Numbered from the stretch's first letter, positions 29,350 to 38,870 are shown. The stretch is DNA of 51,998 nucleotides from an uncultured Thermoanaerobaculia bacterium (GCA_964595975.1 CAZQTL010000003.1:1-51998), one strand, 5' to 3'. The notes: generated by a model from the sequence alone, not told the origin. Numbers and translations: made by a program.

Positions 29350-31099
29350 GGCGCAGCACGGGATACAGACCGACCTGCTCGTCGCGAAACGGCGTCCTGG
29401 CGAACCACCAGCGATAGCGCGCATCCCGGTCGGCGGCGAACACCGGATCGGCGAGCGCCTGCTGCCACTCCGCCGCGATCGCCGGATCGGCAAGCGCCGA
29501 ACGGGCGAAGAGATCGAGGGCGCCGGCGTCGATGTACTCCTTGCCTTCGAAGAGCGTCGAGAGCAGCCCCCAGGCGAGCAGCGAGTCCGGCGCCTCGGGC
29601 TCGAGCAGCTGCACGGCGACCGCGAAGTCGGGTTGATCCGCCGGCACCCAGAGCGTCCCCTCCGGCACGACCCGGCGCTCGTTCGTCCGCACGACCGTGG
29701 CTTCGAGCCGGGTCGCTCCCTGGTAGCTCGCGGCAGCCGGTCGCGGTTGCGAGAGCCGGGCGGTCTCCACCGTGAGCTCGAGCTCTTGCGGCAGGCGTTC
29801 GAAACGCAGGGCGTGATCGGCAAGGCGGCGCTCGATCTCGGGCCAGCCAGGGAGCACCAGATAGCCACGGGGGCGCGGCAGCACCTGGGCGGCCACCAGA
29901 CGATGAAACCAGGGGACCTCGAGCTCCCGGAGGACGCCGCGGCGGTAGTGGATCTGCGCCCCGCCAGAGACCACCGAGGGCTCGTGGCTCCAGTCATAGA
30001 ACGGCACCCGGTAGGGCTCCGCTTCGCCGCGCTCCCAGCGCACGACGACCGCGCTCGGCGCCGCCGTCGGCAGCCCCTGCTGCACGACCGCGAGCGCCGC
30101 CTCGGCGATTGCCGACCGCAGTGCCATCCCGGCGCGTCCGGCCTGCACGACGATGGCCGCGAGGAAATCCCGCGTCGCCAGAACACGCGCGCGATAGGGC
30201 TTGTGGGAGTGGGACTCGAGGAGAATGGCCGGCCGGTTGCGCAGCGGAAAGTAGCCGGAGGAGTAGCGCGGCTCGTAGACCAGCGTCTCGAACCCGCGCG
30301 TCGGATCCTGGCCGTCGACGAGGCTGACGTACGGCCCCTGCGAGTGGCCGGCGGCCTCCACCGCCGCCAGCATCGGCGGAAAGTTCTGCTGCAGCCAGCG
30401 GTCGACCGGCGCCGCGAGCAGCGGTGCCTCGGGCACCGCCCAGGTGATCACCCAGTCGAGATCCACGCCGTCGGTGACGTGGGTGTCGACGAACAGATGC
30501 GGCTGCCAGCGGTTGACCAGTTGCACCAGCTGCCGCGCCTCAGGTGTAACGAGCTTGAGGTAGTCGCGGTTGAGGTCGTGCCCGTCGGCGGTCGTGCGAA
30601 AGCCCATACCCAGCTCCGGACCGTTCTGGTTCGGCCGGTTGAAGGGCGAAACGCGCTCGTGACCGTCGACGTTGTAGACCGGCAGGATGAGCAGGGTCGC
30701 CGCACCGAGCAGATCGCGGCGCCCGCCGAGCGCGACGTCGCGCAGCAGCAGCAGCGTCGCGTCCTTGCCGTCGATCTCGCCGCCGTGGATGCCGTTCTGG
30801 ATCATCACCACCGGCTTCGAGAGAGCCTGGGCCGCTTCGGGGGTGAACGCCTGTTCGGCCGAGAGAATCACCAGCGGCAGCGGGCGTCCGGCCGCCGAGG
30901 TGCCGTAGAACTCGAGCTTCATCTCCGGCAGGCGGCCCTCGAGGCGGCGGAGAAAGGCGATCGTCTCGTCGTAGGACGGCGTCGCCTGGTAGTCCATCCG
31001 CTCGGCCGGCGTCAGCCACTCCCCGGCGACCGGCGCCCGTTCGCCCGAGGCGGCCGCCGGCGCCAGAGCGAGAACGGCGAGCACCGCGAGGCGCTTCAC
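29282..31099 (-). CDS. Secreted M14-family zinc carboxypeptidase
   Basis: 605 aa from GTG 31099, in a GTGA overlap with the thiolase stop. It has a signal peptide MKRLAVLAVLALAPAAASG, the zinc motif NGIHGGEIDG (HxxE) and a later H (LLESHSH). Its 3' end overlaps the convergent HDAC gene by 68 nt. Confidence 0.8.
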   Translation of the reverse strand: MKRLAVLAVLALAPAAASGERAPVAGEWLTPAERMDYQATPSYDETIAFLRRLEGRLPEMKLEFYGTSAAGRPLPLVILSAEQAFTPEAAQALSKPVVMIQNGIHGGEIDGKDATLLLLRDVALGGRRDLLGAATLLILPVYNVDGHERVSPFNRPNQNGPELGMGFRTTADGHDLNRDYLKLVTPEARQLVQLVNRWQPHLFVDTHVTDGVDLDWVITWAVPEAPLLAAPVDRWLQQNFPPMLAAVEAAGHSQGPYVSLVDGQDPTRGFETLVYEPRYSSGYFPLRNRPAILLESHSHKPYRARVLATRDFLAAIVVQAGRAGMALRSAIAEAALAVVQQGLPTAAPSAVVVRWERGEAEPYRVPFYDWSHEPSVVSGGAQIHYRRGVLRELEVPWFHRLVAAQVLPRPRGYLVLPGWPEIERRLADHALRFERLPQELELTVETARLSQPRPAAASYQGATRLEATVVRTNERRVVPEGTLWVPADQPDFAVAVQLLEPEAPDSLLAWGLLSTLFEGKEYIDAGALDLFARSALADPAIAAEWQQALADPVFAADRDARYRWWFARTPFRDEQVGLYPVLRLMAPLPPPQGRELILTPLTVPR

Positions 31100-32550
31100 T
31101 CGCGCTCCACCACCATGGCGAAGCCGTGGCCGCCGGCGGCGCAGACCGTGATCAGGCCGAACTGCAGGCTCCGCCGCCGCAACTCGTGCAGGAGCTGCAT
31201 CGTCACCCGGACGCCGGTGGCACCGAACGGATGCCCGATCGCCAGCGAGCCCCCGTTGACATTGAGGCGCTCGAGGTCGACCGCACCGATCGGCGCGCTC
31301 CGGCCGAGCTCCTCACGCGCGAAGCGCGGGCTGGCGAACGCCTTGAGGTTGGACAGCACCTGCGCCGCGAACGCTTCGTGCATCTCGACGAGGTCGATCT
31401 CGGAGAGCCTGAGACCTGCCCGTTCGAGCGCCATCGGCGCGGCATAGGCGGGCCCCTGCAGCAGCTGGCGGCCGGGATCGGCCGCGGCGTAGGCCCAGGA
31501 TCGCAAGTAGCCGAGAGGCGCCCGTCCGAGCGCGCGCGCCCGCCGCTCGCTCATCAGCAGCAAGGCGCCGCCGCCGTCGGTGATCGGCGAGGAGTTGCCG
31601 GCCGTGAGGGTGCCGTGGCGCCGGTCGAAGGCCGGCCGGAGCGCGGCGAGAGCGGCCATCGAGCTCGCGCCGCGGACACCGTTGTCCTCCGTTACCGGAC
31701 GCTGGTAGTCGGGCGGCGGGAAGATCGCCATCACCTGTCCCTGCAGCCAACCCGCTTCGCGGGCGGCGGCGGCGCGCTGGTGCGAGAGCAGCGCGATCTC
31801 GTCCTGCGCGCGGCGGGAGATGTCGTTCTCCTTGGCCATCTTCTCGCACGCCTCGCCCATGGTCATGCCGGTCGACCGTTCGGCGATCGCCGGCGGAACC
31901 GGCGCGAAGTCGCGCGGCCGGAATCGTGCCAGTGCCCGCAGGCGCTGCGCGAGGTTGCGCGCCCGGGAGAGGGCGATGAACTTCTCCGCCGCCCGGCGCG
32001 AAAAAGCCAGCGGAACGTTCGACAGCGACTCCGCACCGCCGGCGAGCACGATGTCGGCTTCGCCGCGCAGAATCGCCTCGGCGCCGCTGGTGATGGCGCG
32101 ATTGGCGGAGGCGCAGGCGAGATTGACCGTCGTGCCGGGGATCGATGCCGGCAGCGCGGCGCGGAAGACGATCTCGCGTCCCAGGTTGGGCGCATCGAGC
32201 GCCGCGACGACGACACCGAAGATGGCGCAGTCGATCTCGGCCGGATCGATCCCCGCCCGGGCCACGACCTCGGCGGCCGGAATGCCGGCGAGATCGACCA
32301 CGTCCAGCTCCTTGAGGTCGCTCCCGGCGCGCGCGAACGGCGTCCGGCAGGCCTCGACGACCGCCACCCGCCCCGAGGGGCCCCGCAGCTGCTGGCGCGA
32401 CACGCGCAGGATGCCCGGCGCGGCTCCCGGCGAACCGTCCATCCGCGTCCAGACGGTGTCCGCGCGCTCCCGCACCTCGGCCACCGCCGACGCGTCGGAA
32501 GGCGCTGGCAGGGGCGCGGGCGGCAGGCCCAGGTCAGAGGATTCCGGCAT
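31096..32550 (-). CDS. fadI: 3-ketoacyl-CoA thiolase, FadI type
   Basis: 484 aa from ATG 32550, with GAAGGAGAG upstream. It is collinear with E. coli FadI as I remember it (VPPAIAERSTGMTMGE, LRPAFDRRHGTLTAGNSSPITDG, VEMHEAFAAQVL, NVNGGSLAIGHPFGATG, CAAGG). It carries a ~55-aa N-terminal extension. Confidence 0.85.
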   Translation of the reverse strand: MPESSDLGLPPAPLPAPSDASAVAEVRERADTVWTRMDGSPGAAPGILRVSRQQLRGPSGRVAVVEACRTPFARAGSDLKELDVVDLAGIPAAEVVARAGIDPAEIDCAIFGVVVAALDAPNLGREIVFRAALPASIPGTTVNLACASANRAITSGAEAILRGEADIVLAGGAESLSNVPLAFSRRAAEKFIALSRARNLAQRLRALARFRPRDFAPVPPAIAERSTGMTMGEACEKMAKENDISRRAQDEIALLSHQRAAAAREAGWLQGQVMAIFPPPDYQRPVTEDNGVRGASSMAALAALRPAFDRRHGTLTAGNSSPITDGGGALLLMSERRARALGRAPLGYLRSWAYAAADPGRQLLQGPAYAAPMALERAGLRLSEIDLVEMHEAFAAQVLSNLKAFASPRFAREELGRSAPIGAVDLERLNVNGGSLAIGHPFGATGVRVTMQLLHELRRRSLQFGLITVCAAGGHGFAMVVERE

Positions 32551-32573
32551 CGCGCTCTCCTTCGTCGGCAGGG

Positions 32574-33266
32574 TTATACCAGAGAGTCCGCGGCGCGCCG
32601 GGAGACGATCGCCAACGGCACGACCTGGGGTGAAAACTCCGGCGAAAGGGCTCGCCACCGCGCCACGACGTGCGTCCTATCTGCTGCCACGACCTGCCCC
32701 GAGACCACCAGGAGCCGCAGCCGCTGCGCGCGCTGGCGGAACCACCGCCGGCGCAGGAACCGCGGCGCGACCGCTTCGAGCCCGTCCGCGAGCGCGAGCA
32801 GCTCTGCGGCGCTACCGGAAACTACCGTCGGCCGCGTCCAAGCGACGAGCTCCGGATGCAGGGACGGAGAGGGTTCGACGAGAATCGCCGCGCCCGCCAG
32901 GACCGCCCAACGCGCCAGCGCCAACTCGGCAGGCTCAGCGAGCGACCGCCAGGAAATCCAGATGTCACGAACGGCGCCCGGCCCGCGATCCGACATCTCG
33001 GCAACCTGCCCAGAGCCGGAAGCAGCGGCCTTCAGGAATCCGCCGAGCAACTCCACCGCCTCCCGCTCGACCACGACACCCTTTACCGGAAGCTCTTCTT
33101 CCCCCAATCCGCCAGCGTCAAGGAAAGCAGCCGCTTGAGCAAACGACCACCAGCGAAAATGCCCTTTGGCGTTGCGGTAGAAGAGAAAAGGTGCCTCGGG
33201 CTGCGCCCTCGCCGCGTGGGCGATCGCGTCGGCGACACCTCCCAAGGACGCCTCGGAGGGACTCAA
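32574..33266 (-). CDS. Hypothetical protein (faint resemblance to the N-terminal half of acyl-CoA ligases, without an AMP-binding motif)
   Basis: The frame is open between the PHA-system gene stop and the thiolase RBS. The only nearby start is TTG 33266. Codon usage is atypical (many A/T-ending codons, TAA stop). Confidence 0.4.
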   Translation of the reverse strand: MSPSEASLGGVADAIAHAARAQPEAPFLFYRNAKGHFRWWSFAQAAAFLDAGGLGEEELPVKGVVVEREAVELLGGFLKAAASGSGQVAEMSDRGPGAVRDIWISWRSLAEPAELALARWAVLAGAAILVEPSPSLHPELVAWTRPTVVSGSAAELLALADGLEAVAPRFLRRRWFRQRAQRLRLLVVSGQVVAADRTHVVARWRALSPEFSPQVVPLAIVSRRAADSLV

Positions 33267-33289
33267 TGTGGACCGAAGCCCGGCGCCGG

Positions 33290-33568
33290 TCAGGCGGCCG
33301 CGGTGCGCATGGCCGTGCCGATTTTCTGCTCGATCATCCCGCGCATCATGCTGGCGGGCGGACCCAGGCTGGCACGCCCGACGAGCTTGCCGTCCTCGAA
33401 AGTGATCGCGCCCTTGGCGCCCGGTCCGGAGAGCTCGAGGACGTCCCCTGCCCAGTTCCGGCGCAGCATGCCGCCAGGAAACTCCTTGGCCAGCGCTGCG
33501 TCGAGCGCCGCGCGGATCTCCGCCATACCGGTCTTCGTCGTCGGAACTTCGAGTGTGAGGTCGCTCAT
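33290..33568 (-). CDS. Polyhydroxyalkanoic acid system family protein (PHA_gran_rgn-like, from memory)
   Basis: 92 aa from ATG 33568. The size and the pattern (..W.GDVLELSGPGAKGAITFEDGKLVGRASLG....MMRGMIEQKI) fit the small PHA-system protein family. It sits upstream of a thiolase. Confidence 0.6.
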   Translation of the reverse strand: MSDLTLEVPTTKTGMAEIRAALDAALAKEFPGGMLRRNWAGDVLELSGPGAKGAITFEDGKLVGRASLGPPASMMRGMIEQKIGTAMRTAAA

Positions 33569-33620
33569 ACGGCGGCAAATTACCACAGGGACGGCACGCA
33601 TCCTGCTACAGTCGAAGGGC

Positions 33621-35468
33621 ATGCGGTCGCTCCGGCACCCCCTCGCCTGCCTGCTGCTCCTCCTCCTGCCGCTGTCGTGGGCTGAAGCCGCCCGGGCCGC
33701 CGAACCGGCCTCCGAGCCGATCCGCACCCAGACGCCGAACGAGGAGCTCTACGGCAAGAGCCTGGAGGCCGCCGCCCAGGCCCTGCAGGTCTACGGCGCC
33801 TGGGACGACCCGGCAGCTCTCGAGCGCGTCGCCGCGATCGGCTATCGCGTGGCGAGAGAGGCCAACTACAGCGAGTTCCCGATCTCCTTCTTCCTCGCCG
33901 ACATGGCCGAGCCCAACGCCTTCGCTCTCCCGGGCGGCCAGATCTTCGTCACCCGCGGCATGATGGAGCTGGGATTGAACGACGACGCCCTGGCGGCCCT
34001 CCTCGGCCACGAGATCACTCACGTGGTCAAGAAGCACGGCACCCGGCTCGAACGCAAGGCGATGCTGCTCAACATCCTGTCGCAGGCGGTCCTTGTAGGG
34101 GTCGCGGTCGCCGCCGACAAGAACCGCGAGCCCGCACTCAACGTGCCCGACCCCTACGGCTACTACAACACCCGCGACCGGCCAGAAGGCAATCTGGTCT
34201 TCGGCAGCTACGCCGCCAGCGTCATCCTGTCGGAGCTGCTGCTGCGCAGCTACAGCCGGGACTACGAGGACGAATCGGACATGGAGGGCCAGCGCTGGGC
34301 CTCCGCCGCCGGTTTCGCCAGCGACGGCACGCTGCAGCTCATGACCCTGCTGGGCTCGCGCCTGCCCGACAGCTCGCGCGAATACGGCTACTGGCGCACC
34401 CATCCCTTCTTCGACCAGCGGATCCTCGCCGCCAAGGCACGCAGTCCCGAGCTGACCTCCGGAACGGCTCGTCCCAGCGAGGAGTTCCGCCAGCGCACGC
34501 AGGCTGCAATTCTCGCCTTCGAGAACCGGCTGCCGCCCGAAAAGCGACCCGACCGGCCCGCCGCCGAGGAGCGCCGTCCGGAACGCGGCCCGGGCGCGCG
34601 CGAAGAGCGCGACGCCGAACCGCCGGTGACCCCGCTCGATCTGCTGCATCAGGCCGCACTCACCGCCTGGCCCGCCGGACCCGCCGCCGAGCGTCTGCGC
34701 AGCGACCGGCTGCACGCCGTGCGGGCGCGCCAGATCGACGCCCGCCAGCCCGGAGCCCGCGACTACGGGCACGTTCTGGCGGTCTACGACGAGGAGATCG
34801 GCGTGCTCGCCGGCATCACTCCGGAGAGTCCGACGCTCGCGGCCTTCCGCGCCGAGCGCCAGGCGCTCGTCGAGCAGCGCGACGGGCTCTATCCGGAAGC
34901 GCTCGCGGTCTGGAAGAGCGGCGTCTTCGGAACCCCTTTCCTCGAGACCTTCCTGAGCAACTATCCGGACGTGCCGGAGGCGCCGGCGGTGCATCTGGCC
35001 CTGGGCGAGGCCTACGCCCGAACCGCGCGGCAGGCCGATGCCGTCGGCGAGTTCCTCGCCACCTGGAAGGCCGATCCGGAAGGTCCCTCGGGGGAAGCCG
35101 CGCGGCGCGGGCTGCGCAACCTGGCGCCCGCCCTCGATCAGCTGACGGCGCTGGCCGAGCTCGCCGACCAGGATCAGGATGCCGACCTGCGCCGTCTGGC
35201 GGAGGAACGGCTCGCCGGCAAGGCCGCCAGCTACTCCGACATCGCCGACGGCGCCGCCTACATCGCCAAGTATCCGACCGGAACCTATGTCGAGGCGGTC
35301 ACGCTGCGGCTGAACGCCCTGGCCGAGGGGCTCTTCGGCGAGCTGCTGCTCTACCAGTCGGTGGGCGACCAGATGAAGGCGATGGACCGCATTCAGCGCA
35401 TCCTCACCCACGCGCCGCTCTCGCCGGCGGCCTCGCGGTTGATGGCGAAGGTCACCCTGCCGGCCTGA
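33621..35468 (+). CDS. M48-family zinc metalloprotease with helical-repeat C-terminal region
   Basis: 615 aa from ATG 33621. It has a signal peptide (LACLLLLLLPLSWAEAARA). NAFALPGGQIFVTRG..LLGHEITHVVKKHG is the HExxH context typical of M48/BepA-like enzymes. The C-terminal half is Ala/Leu-rich and TPR-like. Confidence 0.8.
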   Translation: MRSLRHPLACLLLLLLPLSWAEAARAAEPASEPIRTQTPNEELYGKSLEAAAQALQVYGAWDDPAALERVAAIGYRVAREANYSEFPISFFLADMAEPNAFALPGGQIFVTRGMMELGLNDDALAALLGHEITHVVKKHGTRLERKAMLLNILSQAVLVGVAVAADKNREPALNVPDPYGYYNTRDRPEGNLVFGSYAASVILSELLLRSYSRDYEDESDMEGQRWASAAGFASDGTLQLMTLLGSRLPDSSREYGYWRTHPFFDQRILAAKARSPELTSGTARPSEEFRQRTQAAILAFENRLPPEKRPDRPAAEERRPERGPGAREERDAEPPVTPLDLLHQAALTAWPAGPAAERLRSDRLHAVRARQIDARQPGARDYGHVLAVYDEEIGVLAGITPESPTLAAFRAERQALVEQRDGLYPEALAVWKSGVFGTPFLETFLSNYPDVPEAPAVHLALGEAYARTARQADAVGEFLATWKADPEGPSGEAARRGLRNLAPALDQLTALAELADQDQDADLRRLAEERLAGKAASYSDIADGAAYIAKYPTGTYVEAVTLRLNALAEGLFGELLLYQSVGDQMKAMDRIQRILTHAPLSPAASRLMAKVTLPA

Positions 35469-35514
35469 GAACGGCCGGTGGGCGCTTCGAGATCCCTGCG
35501 GAGTGGCGGAAAAA

Positions 35515-35590
35515 TGGTGCCCAGGACCGGATTCGAACCAGTGACACCGGCATTTTCAGTGCCGTGCTCTACCAACTGAGCTACCTGGGC
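35515..35590 (-). tRNA. tRNA-Phe (anticodon GAA), CCA encoded
   Basis: The reverse complement is GCCCAGGTAGCTCAGTTGGTAGAGCACGGCACTGAAAATGCCGGTGTCACTGGTTCGAATCCGGTCCTGGGCACCA. It folds as a 76-nt cloverleaf with a 7-bp acceptor stem, anticodon loop CTGAAAA and T-loop TTCGAAT. Confidence 0.95.
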
Positions 35591-35627
35591 GGTAAGAGGC
35601 GCGCGAAAGTTCCGCGGTGCGAGGCGT

Positions 35628-35657
35628 TTTTTAGCAGCTTCGAGACCTTCCCGTCAA
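35628..35657 (-). promoter_or_regulatory. Sigma70-like promoter for tRNA-Phe
   Basis: The minus strand reads TTGACG (35657-35652), an 18-nt spacer, then TAAAAA (35633-35628). This is about 35 nt upstream of the mature tRNA 5' end. Confidence 0.4.
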
Positions 35658-35662
35658 CTAGA

Positions 35663-36475
35663 ATGACCGCGATGCCGCTCATCGCCCGTTCCATTCTGGC
35701 GCTGACGCTCGCTCTCGTCGCTCCCGCAACGCTTCTCGCCTGGAAGCCCGCGACGCAGAAGGCGATCGCCCTGGAAGCGGCCGCGCTGGCGCCGCCCGAC
35801 CTCGCACGCCTGCTGCTGCGGCACCAGAAGGACCTGCTCCGCGGCTGCGTCGCGCCGCTCGCCGACGGCAACGCCGCGCGCCACATGAAGAACCCGGACG
35901 GCAGCGGCAGCCTCGACCAGGCGATCGCCGCCGAGGTGTCGGCGACCATCGACCTGATTCGCCGCCACCGGCCGTTCGCCGAGATCGTGGAGCGCATGGG
36001 ACGGCTCTCCCATTTCGTCGCCGACGCCAACCTGCCGCTCAATACCGCCAACTCGGATCCCCGGGAAGCGGCCTACTTCCGCGATTTTCTCGAGTACGCC
36101 GACTCCGCCCGGCCGCGCTTCGCCGTCGTCTTCTACGGCCTCGGCCCCGAATGGCAGAGCCCGCGCGACCTCGAGATCTGGACCCGCGCCATGCTGACGC
36201 GCGGCCGCAAGCTCTATCCGGCGATCGGCGAAGAGTACCGCCGCATCGGAGTGGGCGAAGGCGTCGCAAGTACCGCCGCCGGCGCCGGGATCGCCCGCTT
36301 CGACGACCGCTCGACCGCCTTCGCCGTCGCCGCGCTTTCCTACAGTCACGCCGTCTCGGATGTCGCCCGGGCACTGCGCCACGTCTGGCTCGCCGCCGGG
36401 GGCTCCGACCCGCGGCAGAAGCTCGCCGAACGGCGGGACAGCCTGCTCGTCGTCGAGGCCGGCGCCGGGCGCTGA
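35663..36475 (+). CDS. Secreted hypothetical protein
   Basis: 270 aa from ATG 35663. It has a signal peptide (ILALTLALVAPATLLAW). I recognise no catalytic motif. The track ORF start at 35564 lies inside the tRNA. Confidence 0.55.
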   Translation: MTAMPLIARSILALTLALVAPATLLAWKPATQKAIALEAAALAPPDLARLLLRHQKDLLRGCVAPLADGNAARHMKNPDGSGSLDQAIAAEVSATIDLIRRHRPFAEIVERMGRLSHFVADANLPLNTANSDPREAAYFRDFLEYADSARPRFAVVFYGLGPEWQSPRDLEIWTRAMLTRGRKLYPAIGEEYRRIGVGEGVASTAAGAGIARFDDRSTAFAVAALSYSHAVSDVARALRHVWLAAGGSDPRQKLAERRDSLLVVEAGAGR

Positions 36476-36507
36476 CCTGCGCCAGGATTTCTCCCGAGGA
36501 CCCTGCA

Positions 36508-38082
36508 ATGCCCACTCCCCCCGCCGCCCGCGCCCTGCTCTCCGTCTCCGACAAGACCGGACTCACCGAGTTCGCCCGCGGCCTCGCCGCCCTGGGCTTC
36601 GAGCTCGTCTCGACCGGCGGCACGAAGAAGCACCTCGAAGCCGCCGGACTTGCCGTCACCGGGGTCTCGGCGGTCACCGGCTTTCCCGAGATCCTCGACG
36701 GCCGCGTCAAGACGCTGCACCCGAAGATCCACGGCGGCATCCTCGCCGACCGCTCGAAGCCCGCGCACAACGCGGCTCTCGCCGAGCACGGCATCGCGCG
36801 TTTCGACCTGGTCGCGGTCAATCTCTACCCCTTCGAGAGCACCATCGCGCGCCCGGATATCGCCGAGCCGGAGGCCATCGAGATGATCGACATCGGCGGG
36901 CCGGCGATGATTCGCGCGGCAGCCAAGAACTTCGGCAGCCTCGCGGTCGTCGTCGATCCGTGCGACTACGAGCCCTTCCTCGCTGCGGTCCGTGCCGGCG
37001 GCGGCGCGGCCGCGACCGACTTCCGCCGCCGCCTGGCGCAGAAGGCGTTCGCGCACACGGCCGCCTACGACGCCGCGATCGCCGGCTGGCTCCAGGCCAC
37101 GGCTGCCGCCGAGCCGGCCTCCGGGCCCACCGCCGAGCTGCTGCCGGAGCGCCTCCAGCTCTCGCTGACGCGCGAGTTCGCGACCCGATACGGCGAAAAC
37201 CCCCATCAGCCGGCGGCGGTGTACCGGCTCGCCGGTGGTCCGGGGCTGCTGGGCGGGATGCGCCAGATGCAGGGCAAGGAGCTCTCCTGGAACAACCTGC
37301 TCGACGCCGACGCGGCGCGCAAGCTGGTGGCGCTGTTCGACGAGCCGGCGGTGGTCATCGTCAAGCACAACAACCCTTGCGGAGTCGGCCGTGGCCCCGA
37401 TCTGGTGACCGCCTACGCCCGCGCTCTCGAATGCGACCCGGTGTCGGCCTTCGGTTCGATCGTGGCGCTGAACCGGCCGCTCACCGCTGCGCTCGAGGCG
37501 GCGTTCGGCGATCTCTTCATCGAGGTCCTGATCGCCCCGGCGGCCGAAGAACCGGCGCTCGCCGCGCTCGCGGCCAGGAAGAACCTGCGCCTCCTGCTCT
37601 GCCCCGCCTATGCGCCGACGCCGCGAGAGATCGAGTTGAGGGGTATCGACGGCGGATTCCTGGCGCAGGCTCCCGACGCCTTCGCCGAGCAGCCGGCGAC
37701 CTGGACCTGCCCGACGAGGCGGACACCGACCGCCGCGGAGCGGCGGGCGCTCGAGTTCGCCTGGGCAGTGACGCGATATACCAAGTCGAATGCGATCGTC
37801 CTGACCGACGGGGACCGCACCCTGGGCGTCGGCGCCGGCCAGATGAGCCGGGTCGACTCCTGCCGCATCGCCATCGCCAAGGCCCGGTTTCCGCTCGCCG
37901 GCTCGGTCGCCGGCTCGGACGCCTTCTTCCCCTTCCGCGACGGGCTCGACGTCCTCGCCGGGGCCGGCGTCGCCGCGGTCATCCAGCCGGGCGGCAGCCG
38001 TCGCGACGAGGAGCTCATCGCCGCCGCCGACGAGCACGGCATGGCGATGCTCCTGACCGGCCGGCGCCACTTCCGTCATTGA
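36508..38082 (+). CDS. purH: Bifunctional AICAR transformylase / IMP cyclohydrolase
   Basis: 524 aa from ATG 36508. Motifs are ALLSVSDKTGL, STGGTKK, GRVKTLHPKIHGGIL, NLYPF and a C-terminal RHFRH. Confidence 0.95.
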   Translation: MPTPPAARALLSVSDKTGLTEFARGLAALGFELVSTGGTKKHLEAAGLAVTGVSAVTGFPEILDGRVKTLHPKIHGGILADRSKPAHNAALAEHGIARFDLVAVNLYPFESTIARPDIAEPEAIEMIDIGGPAMIRAAAKNFGSLAVVVDPCDYEPFLAAVRAGGGAAATDFRRRLAQKAFAHTAAYDAAIAGWLQATAAAEPASGPTAELLPERLQLSLTREFATRYGENPHQPAAVYRLAGGPGLLGGMRQMQGKELSWNNLLDADAARKLVALFDEPAVVIVKHNNPCGVGRGPDLVTAYARALECDPVSAFGSIVALNRPLTAALEAAFGDLFIEVLIAPAAEEPALAALAARKNLRLLLCPAYAPTPREIELRGIDGGFLAQAPDAFAEQPATWTCPTRRTPTAAERRALEFAWAVTRYTKSNAIVLTDGDRTLGVGAGQMSRVDSCRIAIAKARFPLAGSVAGSDAFFPFRDGLDVLAGAGVAAVIQPGGSRRDEELIAAADEHGMAMLLTGRRHFRH

Positions 38083-38765
38083 GCCGCTCCCCTCTCCTCC
38101 GTCCGCTGCTCCTCGCCGCCACGCTGGCGGGAGGGCTTTGCGCCGTGTCGGCCGGCGATGCCGCGTTCGCGCGCGTCGACCCGCCAGCTCCGCAGGCTTC
38201 GGCAATCGACCCCTGGCAGGCGCTCACCGAGCTGCGACTCCATCTCGCGGCATCGGGCGCGCTGGTGGCGAAGTTCCGCCAGACCTTCGTTCCGGCCGGC
38301 TTCGCCACCGGCGACGAGGAGAGCGGCCGCGTCGCCCTCGCGCTCCCCGACTGCCTGCGCTGGGACTACCTCGACCCCTATCCCAAGTCGTACCTGCTCT
38401 GCGGCTCGCGCCTCCACACCTGGGCGGCCGGCGAGCCGCAGGGAGAAAGGCTCCACGTCGAGGCTCGCGACGAGGCCGGGCTCGACCTCCTGCTCCTCCC
38501 GGTCGACGAGCTGCGCGGCCGCTACACCGCCGCCGCCCGCCCGGCCGGCGGCGGCACGATCGCGGTCCAGCTGGTGCCGACCGCCACCGATTCGCGGATC
38601 GTCCAGGCCGAGCTCGCCTTCGACCTGGCATCCCAGCGGCCGACGAACCTCTCCTATCGCGATCGCGACGGCAACGTCTCGACGTTCCGCTTCGAGACGT
38701 TCGAGCTCCTCGACGACGATCGCCTGTTCACGCCGCCGACCACGCTGCTCTGGAAAGAGCCGTAG
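38079..38765 (+). CDS. LolA-family outer-membrane lipoprotein carrier-like protein
   Basis: 228 aa from TTG 38079, in a TTGA overlap with the purH stop. It has a signal peptide (LLRPLLLAATLAGGLCAVSAGDA). F.Q.F and later blocks (..RVALALPDCLRWDY..) fit LolA-like proteins. Confidence 0.68.
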   Translation: MSRSPLLRPLLLAATLAGGLCAVSAGDAAFARVDPPAPQASAIDPWQALTELRLHLAASGALVAKFRQTFVPAGFATGDEESGRVALALPDCLRWDYLDPYPKSYLLCGSRLHTWAAGEPQGERLHVEARDEAGLDLLLLPVDELRGRYTAAARPAGGGTIAVQLVPTATDSRIVQAELAFDLASQRPTNLSYRDRDGNVSTFRFETFELLDDDRLFTPPTTLLWKEP

Positions 38766-38870
38766 CCCCGCCGGGAGCGTGGGCGGAGGTGCTGCGCCCG
38801 CGCGCGGACCCGGTCTGGCTGCCGCTGCGCGCAGCGTTGTAGGATTCCCGATACCCTTCGGGTACCGCCC

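Noticed and set aside
36360-38765. 801-aa plus ORF overlapping purH
   Set aside because: Only its last 228 codons (from TTG 38079, a TTGA overlap with the purH stop) form a sensible LolA-like protein with a signal peptide. The upstream part is an alternative frame of purH.
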